DNA of 53,127 nucleotides from Eubacteriales bacterium (GTDB lineage Bacteria; Bacillota; Clostridia; Oscillospirales; CAG-272): NCBI GenBank assembly GCA_045588165.1, contig JAZNDP010000100.1, positions 1 to 53,127 of the forward strand, read 5' to 3'. Shown piece by piece: positions 23,324 to 30,726 of this stretch (position 1 is its first letter; each line of letters starts with the position of its first letter). The notes under the pieces were generated by a model. It saw only the letters and a program-made list of their open reading frames with translations, ran no database searches and was not told where the DNA came from. The position numbers and the translations under genes were made by a program.

Positions 23324-25411
23324 ATGAAGAAAAAAATTATTGCTTTTCTTTTTGCTGTGATTTTTTGCTTCCTTGCCTTTCCCGTTTCCGCTTTTGCGGA
23401 AGTAACGAATGAGTTTGGTAAGATCGATGAGTCTAACGTTTTGGATGATCTTTCGAAATGGGGAATCGATATTACCAAGTATAAAAAGGATACAGATGCT
23501 ACGCATGGCCGTATGCTCCGTTTTCTTGAGTATGGATTTGATTATTACGGAAATGAATCCTCGTATGGGTTGTACGTCTATTTTTGGAATCCGTCAGGGA
23601 AACCGTTGGATCTGACGTCAACAAATCATTATATCCAAATGCAGGTAAAGCGTGAGTCCGGCTCTGCGACGGGAAGCGGATGGCGAAAGCACAAGCTGCA
23701 GGTTTGTAACTATTCGTCAATCGATGGTTACGAGCATGTGTTCTATAAGTTTAAGGTTCTTGATATTCGTGTTTTTCGGGATACGCTTTCCAGAGATTTT
23801 CGTCATTACGAAATTTCGGGAGTAGAGCTCCGTCATAGCGGTGATAGTAACTCGACGGATTATAAGGTAGGCGGTTTGTATAGCTTTACCGGCTTTATGC
23901 CATATTGTAACGCGCAGAGAAATGCTGCGAACAGTCTTCATTGGTACGTGAGGGATCGTACTGCTGTTGATATCAAGCTTACTCCTGTTACTTGGAAGAC
24001 TACTACCTCTGATAAGGGAGCGTATTATCAATACGAGCTTTCCTCTGTTTATTTTTCTGTGCCGAATGATATTATTCGGGATTATGGTGACAAAAACGAT
24101 GCGACGAAGGGACTTGTTGAGATTCATGGGTCATTTGAAGAGTACAAAATCAACGGTCTTGTAACGCCTTATAATGACGTGTACAATACCGCCTATAATT
24201 ACATAGGGAAAAAAGCTTCTGAATCAGATCCTCCGTTTGGATTTGCCGGAGGATATGATAATTTTGCGGGAGTTGCGAATGTAAACGGAATTAAATATAA
24301 TATTACATTTCCTGTTGAAGGATGGTTTAATTTGCCCGGTAATCCGCTTTATTTTAATAAAGAAATAAATCGCCTGTCTTCTGTTCTTCATTATTATGGT
24401 GATGAATTTGAAGGTATCTCTTCTTCTGATTTTAAAGAAGATCTTGATGATATCAGAGCAGATTTCGGTGGACTTCCTGTCTTTTCAGAGGTTGATGCCG
24501 GTCATACAAAAGGGTATCAAGAGTATACGGTAAAGGATACGGATGATCTTGGTATGCAAATTGCTTCTTATGCTTCGAATCATAGTAGCTTTGTAGCTTG
24601 GCTTCGTAATGAATATAATCTTGTTTTGGAAAGCAAGAATTACGGAAAAATCAATGGAATTGAGGCTGTAGATAAGAGCAAGTTGCTTGTTGAGGGTACA
24701 TTCTTAAAGGATTCAGCTATTGCAGAAAAATATTTTATGCAAGAGTCTGAAGCCGGACAGTTTAAGGATGATGTTCTTTCCTGGGAAAATTTAGGCGATA
24801 CGACGTTTATTATGCGTTATGCTGTTCGTGATTATTATTGTACCCCGGTTGGCTATCGTGGACATGGTCTTGCTAAGAATTATAATGCTGAAGACGGAAA
24901 TTATTATTTCGAAAAGACTATTTTCAAGAATCTTGATATCTGGACCTTCACGTGGGAAAATCAGTATAACGAACGGACGACGATTCCCGTTGTTTGTTCT
25001 CCGATCGATTCTGTTGGCTCTATAACTCCTCCGACGGATCCTGATAACTTTGCTCAAGTAGAGCAGGTTGTTGAAAAGGCAACCGATATCTGGAAGAATC
25101 TGAAGGATTTTTTGTTTGATGGATTAGGTAGCCTGAAAACGATTTTCGTTGTAATTCTTCTTGTTGTTTTCGTTTTGATTGTTGTCTGGTTGTTGTCTAA
25201 ATTGCTTCCGTTGCTTTACGGCGGATCGGAGCTTTTGCGAGAACGGAGGGAAGAAAAGCGACGAGATCAAGAACTTGATTTGAAGAAACAAGAGATGGAT
25301 CTTAAGCGAGAAAAAGCTCGGTCGGATGATTTGTCCCGGTATTCAAAAGGTATGAATGTTTCGAATGAAATGCCTGATCGCGGAAGGGAGGTTGTTCGGC
25401 ATGAAGAATAA
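23324..25411 (+). CDS. Large type-I membrane protein (signal peptide, ~600-aa ectodomain, C-terminal TM anchor, charged tail); candidate adsorption/spike protein
   Basis: Signal peptide MKKKIIAFLFAVIFCFLAFPVSAFA-EV. C-terminal TM segment IFVVILLVVFVLIVVWLLSKLLPLL followed by RERREEKRRDQELDLKKQEMDLKREK. No LPXTG motif. Confidence 0.85.
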   Translation: MKKKIIAFLFAVIFCFLAFPVSAFAEVTNEFGKIDESNVLDDLSKWGIDITKYKKDTDATHGRMLRFLEYGFDYYGNESSYGLYVYFWNPSGKPLDLTSTNHYIQMQVKRESGSATGSGWRKHKLQVCNYSSIDGYEHVFYKFKVLDIRVFRDTLSRDFRHYEISGVELRHSGDSNSTDYKVGGLYSFTGFMPYCNAQRNAANSLHWYVRDRTAVDIKLTPVTWKTTTSDKGAYYQYELSSVYFSVPNDIIRDYGDKNDATKGLVEIHGSFEEYKINGLVTPYNDVYNTAYNYIGKKASESDPPFGFAGGYDNFAGVANVNGIKYNITFPVEGWFNLPGNPLYFNKEINRLSSVLHYYGDEFEGISSSDFKEDLDDIRADFGGLPVFSEVDAGHTKGYQEYTVKDTDDLGMQIASYASNHSSFVAWLRNEYNLVLESKNYGKINGIEAVDKSKLLVEGTFLKDSAIAEKYFMQESEAGQFKDDVLSWENLGDTTFIMRYAVRDYYCTPVGYRGHGLAKNYNAEDGNYYFEKTIFKNLDIWTFTWENQYNERTTIPVVCSPIDSVGSITPPTDPDNFAQVEQVVEKATDIWKNLKDFLFDGLGSLKTIFVVILLVVFVLIVVWLLSKLLPLLYGGSELLRERREEKRRDQELDLKKQEMDLKREKARSDDLSRYSKGMNVSNEMPDRGREVVRHEE

Positions 25412-25592
25412 AACTTTAACGTTGATATCTCTTGTTCTTTCCGTCATGACGGTAGCGATGACCGCGATTTCACTTCAGATCAAGCTTTCGGAGATGAGAT
25501 CTGACGTTGATTTGGAAATTGGTAGTGAAATTGTCGAGTCCGAATCGATGGAAACGGAAGAATCGGTCGATCATACGGTTGTTTCAGAGTAA
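25401..25592 (+). CDS. 63-aa single-pass membrane protein with acidic C-terminal tail
   Basis: ATG 25401 is preceded by GGAAGGGAGG. MKNKTLTLISLVLSVMTVAMTAISLQI, then an acidic tail. It overlaps the previous stop by 11 nt. Confidence 0.5.
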   Translation: MKNKTLTLISLVLSVMTVAMTAISLQIKLSEMRSDVDLEIGSEIVESESMETEESVDHTVVSE

Positions 25593-25607
25593 AAGAAAGG
25601 AGTTTTT

Positions 25608-26714
25608 ATGAAAAAGTTTTTAATTATTGTCTTGGTCGCCGCGGCGGTTCTTGCGTTGGTAGGTGGCGCTTTGGCTCTACCCAGAGCTTTTGCTGATTCA
25701 GAGCCTGATACGGATTCAGCTGTGGATAAGCCTGTAGAAGACGAAGCTACTCAAAAATATCTCTTGATATATTCGGAGGATTTTGAAGGCTCTGAACTTT
25801 CTGATAAGTCAGATCTGGAGCTGACGCGAGCTCTTGGTTGGACTCAGTGGATTGATGTTCCGGATACTGATGAGCATTCCTATGATGAGGGTTATGTTAT
25901 GGGACTGAATGGATGGGGTTATGCATCCATTGAAGAAGAATATGATGTTGATGCGAATCTTAATAATCACTGCATACGTCTAACTTATGGAGGTAATACA
26001 GATCTGAATACGACGGAAGGGGCCTATCGAACGGGCGACGATTACGGCTGGGGTATTCAATTTGTGAACGACGAGCTTCTGACGGGTGGAGATTATATTC
26101 TTGAGTATACCTTGAAGATTGATCAGAGTTCCGATGTTATTGGCGCCCGCGGTGTTGGTTTCCGTAATAACCGCTGTTGGGCGTATATGTCTTCTTTGGT
26201 TGGTACCGATGTGGATTTTGCCACAATGGTTGAGGGTATGACATATCAGACGCAAATTAAGTATGACGGCAGATACGATATGCATTTGAAGGAATCGAAT
26301 GAGCTTTTTTTAGGTAGTAGCGCTTCTTCGCATAATTTGACGCAAATATCTGGGTTGGATTGTACTGATAACTGGCATATTTTGGGGTATTCCAATTCTT
26401 TTAGAACTATTGTCAATTCGACGAAGGGTGTACATACTTACGTAAAGAATCACTCTGGTGAATGGGTGTATTATTTTGGTATGGATGCTTCTCAGATTGA
26501 TGCCTTTGCAAATTCTGCGAATCTGATTGGTTCCGGCGTTATTATGCGAATAGCGACTGGCGTATCGGCAACTTTGGACGATATCGCGGTATATAGTGTT
26601 CTCGATGGTAATATTCCCGTGATTGAAGTACCTCAAAATCAGGTTGTTGCCGACGGTGGACTTGTTTCTTCCTTTGACGTTTTAACCGTTAAGAGACAGC
26701 GTTGTTGGATGTAA
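25608..26714 (+). CDS. Secreted protein, possibly a beta-sandwich (lectin/LamG-like) fold
   Basis: Signal peptide MKKFLIIVLVAAAVLALVGGALALPRAFA-DSE. The EDFEG...LDDIAVYSV pattern is reminiscent of jelly-roll carbohydrate-binding modules, but this is only an impression. SD AAAGGAG. Confidence 0.8.
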   Translation: MKKFLIIVLVAAAVLALVGGALALPRAFADSEPDTDSAVDKPVEDEATQKYLLIYSEDFEGSELSDKSDLELTRALGWTQWIDVPDTDEHSYDEGYVMGLNGWGYASIEEEYDVDANLNNHCIRLTYGGNTDLNTTEGAYRTGDDYGWGIQFVNDELLTGGDYILEYTLKIDQSSDVIGARGVGFRNNRCWAYMSSLVGTDVDFATMVEGMTYQTQIKYDGRYDMHLKESNELFLGSSASSHNLTQISGLDCTDNWHILGYSNSFRTIVNSTKGVHTYVKNHSGEWVYYFGMDASQIDAFANSANLIGSGVIMRIATGVSATLDDIAVYSVLDGNIPVIEVPQNQVVADGGLVSSFDVLTVKRQRCWM

Positions 26715-26757
26715 TGAAAATAGGGGAGTCCTTTGGGCTCTCCTCCCGGGAGTATAA

Positions 26758-26853
26758 ATGAGAAATAGAATCATTGATATTTTGATTATGGTAGCGGGAG
26801 GTCTTCTCGTCGGTTATTTGTTGTTTTTATTCTTTGTTTATTTGAAGGTGTAG
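26758..26853 (+). CDS. 31-aa membrane peptide (below the track size cutoff)
   Basis: MRNRIIDILIMVAGGLLVGYLLFLFFVYLKV. GGGAG upstream. The stop lies 1 nt before the start of the NTPase gene. Confidence 0.4.
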   Translation: MRNRIIDILIMVAGGLLVGYLLFLFFVYLKV

Positions 26854-26854
26854 A

Positions 26855-29128
26855 TTGAAAAAAAGGAAGAAAAAAGTAAAAGAAAAGATAGAAAAAAAAG
26901 AGAAAAAGCCTAAGAAGGAAAACCCTAAACAGAAAAGGCAGCGTCGTCCTTGGAATATCAAGGATCACGTGAGCTTGTGGCTTTGCCTTGTATCGGTCTG
27001 GTATATGTTTTTGCGAGTTCCGATTACGCCGATACGATTTGTTCGTTCCGTGAAGGATCTGGTTCTTTCTTTGGTTTACTACGTGCTTTCTCTTTTTGGT
27101 ATTCCGGATCCGATCCATGCGTCTGTCAAGGAACTTCCGAAGATCAATGTTCAGGAATATCTGAGCTTTGATCTTGAGGATATAGCTCGGCGTTTGCGGG
27201 AGTTGATTCCCGCTGCGCTTACCGGAGATGCCTTTCGGGCGTATTTGATATATCTATCAAAAATTCTGAATCGTTTCTCGCTGTTTTTGAATCTTGCTTT
27301 GTGCATCTATCTTTTAGTATATCTGATTTACAGCGGATATGCGGAAAGGCATAAGGGAGGAAAAAAGAAGCGGGAGAAAAAAGAGAAAACAAATTTTCGG
27401 CGGTTGCGTTGCTTTTTAAAAAAGATCGGTGAGCTTCGCCGCGCGGCATTCCGTCGTGTTGCAATCTGGATTGGTATTGCCTTTAGATGGTGTCGTGAGC
27501 TGTGGGAGTATATTCGTAAGAAATCTTCTGCATATGGATTTTTACTTTGGATCTGGTTGATCAATACCAACCTTCTCACGATTGTCTCGGGAGCGATTGC
27601 GTATTACCTTTATTTCATTGCATCCTTTGACCTTTTGTCTTTCTTTGTTCAGCTGGTCAAATTGATATTTGACCTGATCATTGCGGCGTGGAGCCTCCCC
27701 GGTGTCGTTTGGTGCGTCATTTTGTGGCTTGTCTTTGATTATGCGCGTAAACAACATGGCTTAAAAAGCCTACGGCATCTTGAGCGTAAGAACCGTGGAT
27801 TTCTTAATTCCACTTCTGCCGTTGTGATGTTGACCGGTTCCATGGGAACGGGTAAAACCAGAATGGCGGTGGATCTTGCTTTGTCCTGTGAACAGGAATT
27901 TCGTTTTAAGGCTCTTGAGCTTATGAACAAGAACATTCTTCGATTCCCCAGATTTGATTTTGTGCGATTTCAGAAGGAGCTGACTCAAGCGATGGAAGCT
28001 GGCACGGTAAAGAACTGGGACAGCTGCCGCCGCTGGGTTCGTAAGAAGCGGATTGCGTACGTTACGAATCCCTGTCCGGAGAAGATGTTCGGCTATGATG
28101 CGGAACGGTACCCGACTACATATAACGACGATCTGAAGACCTACGGGATCTGGGAAATGATGGAGAATTACGCTCAGGAGTATTTTCTGTATGTTGCTGT
28201 TTCTTCCTTGATCATCTCGAATCTTTCGATTCGCTCCGACGTGGAGCAGAAGTGTACGGACTATTTCCCTCGCTGGGAAGGTGATTTCTTTACCAGAGAT
28301 CCCGCCAAGGTGGGAGAGTATAGTAAGTTTGCCCATATTATTGATTTCGATCTGTTCCGTCTTGGGCGTCAGCTCAATGAGTGGAATCGGATCGCCGGAT
28401 CTTTTGAGTTCGGCGTGATTGTTTGCACCGAGATCGGAAAAGAGCGTGGAAATAATCTGGAGAATCAGGAGAAGAAGAAGAAGGAAGATAAGGCGAACCA
28501 GAAAAATGATATGTTCAACGAGTGGATGAAGCTTCTTCGTCACGCGGGAACGGTCGAGGGCGTTTGCTTTGTTAAGCTGATCTGTGACGAACAGAGAGCC
28601 ACCTCCTGGGGTGCTGATGCCCGAGACACGGCAACCGTGATCAATATCAAGGAGGTTTCGGAACGCGGTACTACGTTGCCGTATTGTATTCTTCCGTGGA
28701 TTTATATGTATATGTTTATCCCGGCATATTCCAAATATTACAATAAGGTCATGAATTACGGAAATACCGGTCTTAAGGGGATTCGTTACGTTCATACGCC
28801 GATTTCTTGGTGTTATGCTCGTTCCGATCGTGTTCTGAATCGATACTCTGCCATGGTGGCAAACGTGACGATTCAGGAAGGAAATCTGGAGTCAGAGCCG
28901 AAGCCGCATGAGTATTACATTATGCCGAAAAAGATCTATTCACAACGGTACAGTACCGATTGCTATAAGGATTATTTTTCGGAGCGTGCAAAGTATTCCA
29001 GCTGGAGCCTGATTGGATCTCGTTCGTATGAGAACGTTGAGGCGACGCTGGAGGAGCTGGAAGCGCAAAATAGTTATCTGATCGAACGCCTATCCGACAT
29101 GATGAGAAAGAACGGATCGGCGGCATAA
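26855..29128 (+). CDS. Polytopic membrane protein with cytoplasmic P-loop NTPase domain; candidate morphogenesis/DNA-translocation ATPase
   Basis: TTG start with GAAGGTG SD. Lys-rich N-terminus and at least 5 hydrophobic segments in residues ~40-300. Walker A VVMLTGSMGTGKTRMAV at about residue 330. Possible Walker B-like FGVIVCTEIGKE. 757 aa. Confidence 0.85.
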   Translation: MKKRKKKVKEKIEKKEKKPKKENPKQKRQRRPWNIKDHVSLWLCLVSVWYMFLRVPITPIRFVRSVKDLVLSLVYYVLSLFGIPDPIHASVKELPKINVQEYLSFDLEDIARRLRELIPAALTGDAFRAYLIYLSKILNRFSLFLNLALCIYLLVYLIYSGYAERHKGGKKKREKKEKTNFRRLRCFLKKIGELRRAAFRRVAIWIGIAFRWCRELWEYIRKKSSAYGFLLWIWLINTNLLTIVSGAIAYYLYFIASFDLLSFFVQLVKLIFDLIIAAWSLPGVVWCVILWLVFDYARKQHGLKSLRHLERKNRGFLNSTSAVVMLTGSMGTGKTRMAVDLALSCEQEFRFKALELMNKNILRFPRFDFVRFQKELTQAMEAGTVKNWDSCRRWVRKKRIAYVTNPCPEKMFGYDAERYPTTYNDDLKTYGIWEMMENYAQEYFLYVAVSSLIISNLSIRSDVEQKCTDYFPRWEGDFFTRDPAKVGEYSKFAHIIDFDLFRLGRQLNEWNRIAGSFEFGVIVCTEIGKERGNNLENQEKKKKEDKANQKNDMFNEWMKLLRHAGTVEGVCFVKLICDEQRATSWGADARDTATVINIKEVSERGTTLPYCILPWIYMYMFIPAYSKYYNKVMNYGNTGLKGIRYVHTPISWCYARSDRVLNRYSAMVANVTIQEGNLESEPKPHEYYIMPKKIYSQRYSTDCYKDYFSERAKYSSWSLIGSRSYENVEATLEELEAQNSYLIERLSDMMRKNGSAA

Positions 29129-29156
29129 GTTTTTGAAAAAATGAAAGGAAAAAATT

Positions 29157-29654
29157 ATGAAAAAATTTGTTGTAGGTATTTGCATTTTTTTGGTATGCGT
29201 TCTTGTTCTCGGTCTTGGTGCGAAGACGATCTTTAAACAGGAACGAAATTCGGACAATCTGATCAAGGTAGACGATAATTACGTTGAGACACAGAACACG
29301 TATCGCGGTGTCAATGTAAGGGTTGCTGAGGACGGTACGATTAAACTGTTCGGCAAAGCTACTTCTGATTACGTTCTTGACGTTGCGACTGTTATCCTTG
29401 AACCGGGTAAGTATACTTTGTCCGGTTTGGATAATCCTGATTTGAATATGTGTTACCTTGAGCTTATGTATGGTGAAGAGCATGTAGTTGCTAATACGGA
29501 TATTGCCGTTGTTGAAGTAACAGAAACTACTGAATGTCTTGTTCGTATTATCTGGAATGAGGGTATGGAGTTTAGCAAGTACGATTTCATGACATTTTTT
29601 GAAGTTCAGCCTGTTCTTGTAAAGGGTGAGACTGCAGGAAGCTTCTATAAGTAA
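29157..29654 (+). CDS. N-terminally membrane-anchored protein, paralog B (of 22108..22629)
   Basis: See paralog A. Roughly 45% identity by eye over the ectodomain. The upstream leader (atgaaaggaaaaaRttatg) is also shared. Confidence 0.8.
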   Translation: MKKFVVGICIFLVCVLVLGLGAKTIFKQERNSDNLIKVDDNYVETQNTYRGVNVRVAEDGTIKLFGKATSDYVLDVATVILEPGKYTLSGLDNPDLNMCYLELMYGEEHVVANTDIAVVEVTETTECLVRIIWNEGMEFSKYDFMTFFEVQPVLVKGETAGSFYK

Positions 29655-29659
29655 TCTGA

Positions 29660-29971
29660 ATGGAGCTATCCCAAAAGAATTTCCTCTTAAAGGAACGGGA
29701 AAAGAGTCTTCGTGAGAAGAAGTACTTTTATGCCCATGAATTTACCCTTGCCTTGTGTCAAGAGTTCTTTGACGAGCTCCTCCGCGCTGTTTGTGAACCT
29801 TCAGCTCATGACCCCGAGCTGAAGGAAGTGGAGGAGACGATTGAGTATGGATACGAGGAGCATCTGCTTGTCTTGTCACAATATAATTTTCTGAAGAAGA
29901 TGATTCTTCGGAAGAGAAAAGCAAAATCTTTCTTAGAGAGGCTTGACAAGGGTAGGACAGTTATGTTATAA
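29660..29971 (+). CDS. Hypothetical protein
   Basis: 103-aa ORF with no clear SD. Its 3' end contains a strong promoter-like sequence. Confidence 0.35.
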   Translation: MELSQKNFLLKEREKSLREKKYFYAHEFTLALCQEFFDELLRAVCEPSAHDPELKEVEETIEYGYEEHLLVLSQYNFLKKMILRKRKAKSFLERLDKGRTVML

Positions 29972-29972
29972 T
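29943..29972 (+). promoter_or_regulatory. Strong sigma-A-type promoter facing the right-hand non-coding arm
   Basis: TTGACA (29943-48), 18-nt spacer, TGtTATAAT (TG 29964-65, TATAAT 29967-72). Confidence 0.55.
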
Positions 29973-29989
29973 TATAACTACCCTAAGTA

Positions 29990-30113
29990 GAAGGGGGTTA
30001 TCTGGTGATGACCAGCATTGCGATGATATCACAAATGTGGCGAGCATATGTGTTCATCATGATATGAGCGATGTAGCGAATCATCAGATCACCCCCTTCC
30101 TTTTTGTGTTTTT
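29990..30113 (+). other. 111-nt imperfect palindrome followed by a U-tract (candidate sRNA, type-I-toxin-like unit, single-strand origin or packaging hairpin)
   Basis: Arms GAAGGGGGTTATCTGGTGATGA (29990-30011) and TCATCAGATCACCCCCTTCC (30081-30100), then TTTTTGTGTTTTT (30101-13). SD-like GAAGGGGG occurs on both strands, with a 19-aa ORF (plus strand, 30008-30067) and a 28-aa ORF (minus strand). Confidence 0.7.
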
Positions 30114-30124
30114 GGAGGACCGGA

Positions 30125-30156
30125 ATTGCCCCCTCACCTTCTAAATGGGGGGCAAT
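30125..30156. other. Perfect 9-bp GC-rich hairpin
   Basis: ATTGCCCCC (30125-33) / GGGGGCAAT (30148-56) with a 14-nt loop. No U-tract on either strand. Confidence 0.7.
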
Positions 30157-30270
30157 GCAGGTCCAAACTACAAAAACCGTCAAGGGGTGTTTTGAGAGGT
30201 GTGGGTGACTCCTAATCAATGTGATCTAGGATAAGAGTGACGGTCTAAAGGCTTTGGGCTGGCTACGGGG

Positions 30271-30286
30271 CGGCTCGTCTCCGAGC
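30271..30286. repeat. Left copy of a 16-bp perfect inverted repeat
   Basis: CGGCTCGTCTCCGAGC is the exact reverse complement of 30727-30742. Confidence 0.9.
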
Positions 30287-30300
30287 AGGGTTCTATTTTC

Positions 30301-30324
30301 CCGCGTCCCCGCGTCCTCGCGTCC
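30301..30324 (+). repeat. Three tandem 8-bp direct repeats (iteron-like)
   Basis: CCGCGTCC CCGCGTCC TCGCGTCC. Confidence 0.85.
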
Positions 30325-30350
30325 TGACTCGCTTTGGCGTCATGATTTCT

Positions 30351-30377
30351 TCCGGCTACCTCCAGCCGGATTTTTTA
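30351..30377 (+). terminator. Rho-independent terminator
   Basis: TCCGGCT (30351-57) / AGCCGGA (30364-70) followed by TTTTTT. Immediately to its right, an A-rich run (30388-30412) gives a long U-tract for minus-strand transcripts. Confidence 0.65.
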
Positions 30378-30726
30378 TATCGTTATCTCTCAAAAAAAAA
30401 CAAAAAAACACCGGAGGGAGATCCGCATAGAAGCGGATCGGCGAAAACTGTACCTGACCGTGATCCGTTTTCCATAGGAATTTTCCATGCCCGAACGGGA
30501 AGGGATGTGCGTAAAGCTGTGGTAAACTCGCCGATCGGGTTGGAGTGCCTTTCGGAAAGAGAGAGAAGAGTTTTCCGCGGCTTTTCGTGCGTGCCTTTCC
30601 GTTCGCGGTATGGTAAAACCTATGGTAAACGTACTGTCTATTGGTGCACTGTGAGATTTCTTTCTCTAACCGCAAGGTTACTTTTTTTATCTATGGCGCT
30701 TTTCTTTTTAAGGTCGAGCAGGAGAC

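Noticed and set aside
26855-26945. A-rich tracts (aaaaaaaggaagaaaaaagtaaaagaaaag...) at the 5' end of the NTPase gene, considered as a possible slippery or frameshift or phase-variation site.
   Set aside because: They are read in frame as a Lys/Glu-rich N-terminus. The alternative frames close quickly and no second ORF is positioned to be accessed by slippage.
27770-28795. 341-aa minus-strand ORF inside the element.
   Set aside because: It is antisense to the P-loop NTPase gene, which has a clear Walker A, TM helices and an SD. The antisense translation is featureless.
29998-30219. 73-aa minus-strand ORF across the palindrome region.
   Set aside because: There is no SD at its start. Only the last 28 codons, preceded by the mirrored GAAGGGGG, could be meaningful, and that part is discussed as part of the palindrome finding.
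30230-30340. Possible tRNA or tRNA fragment near the element end, a common feature of integration sites.
   Set aside because: I could not fold a cloverleaf. There is no GTTCRANYC T-loop with matching stems, and integration is demonstrably into the ATPase gene rather than a tRNA.
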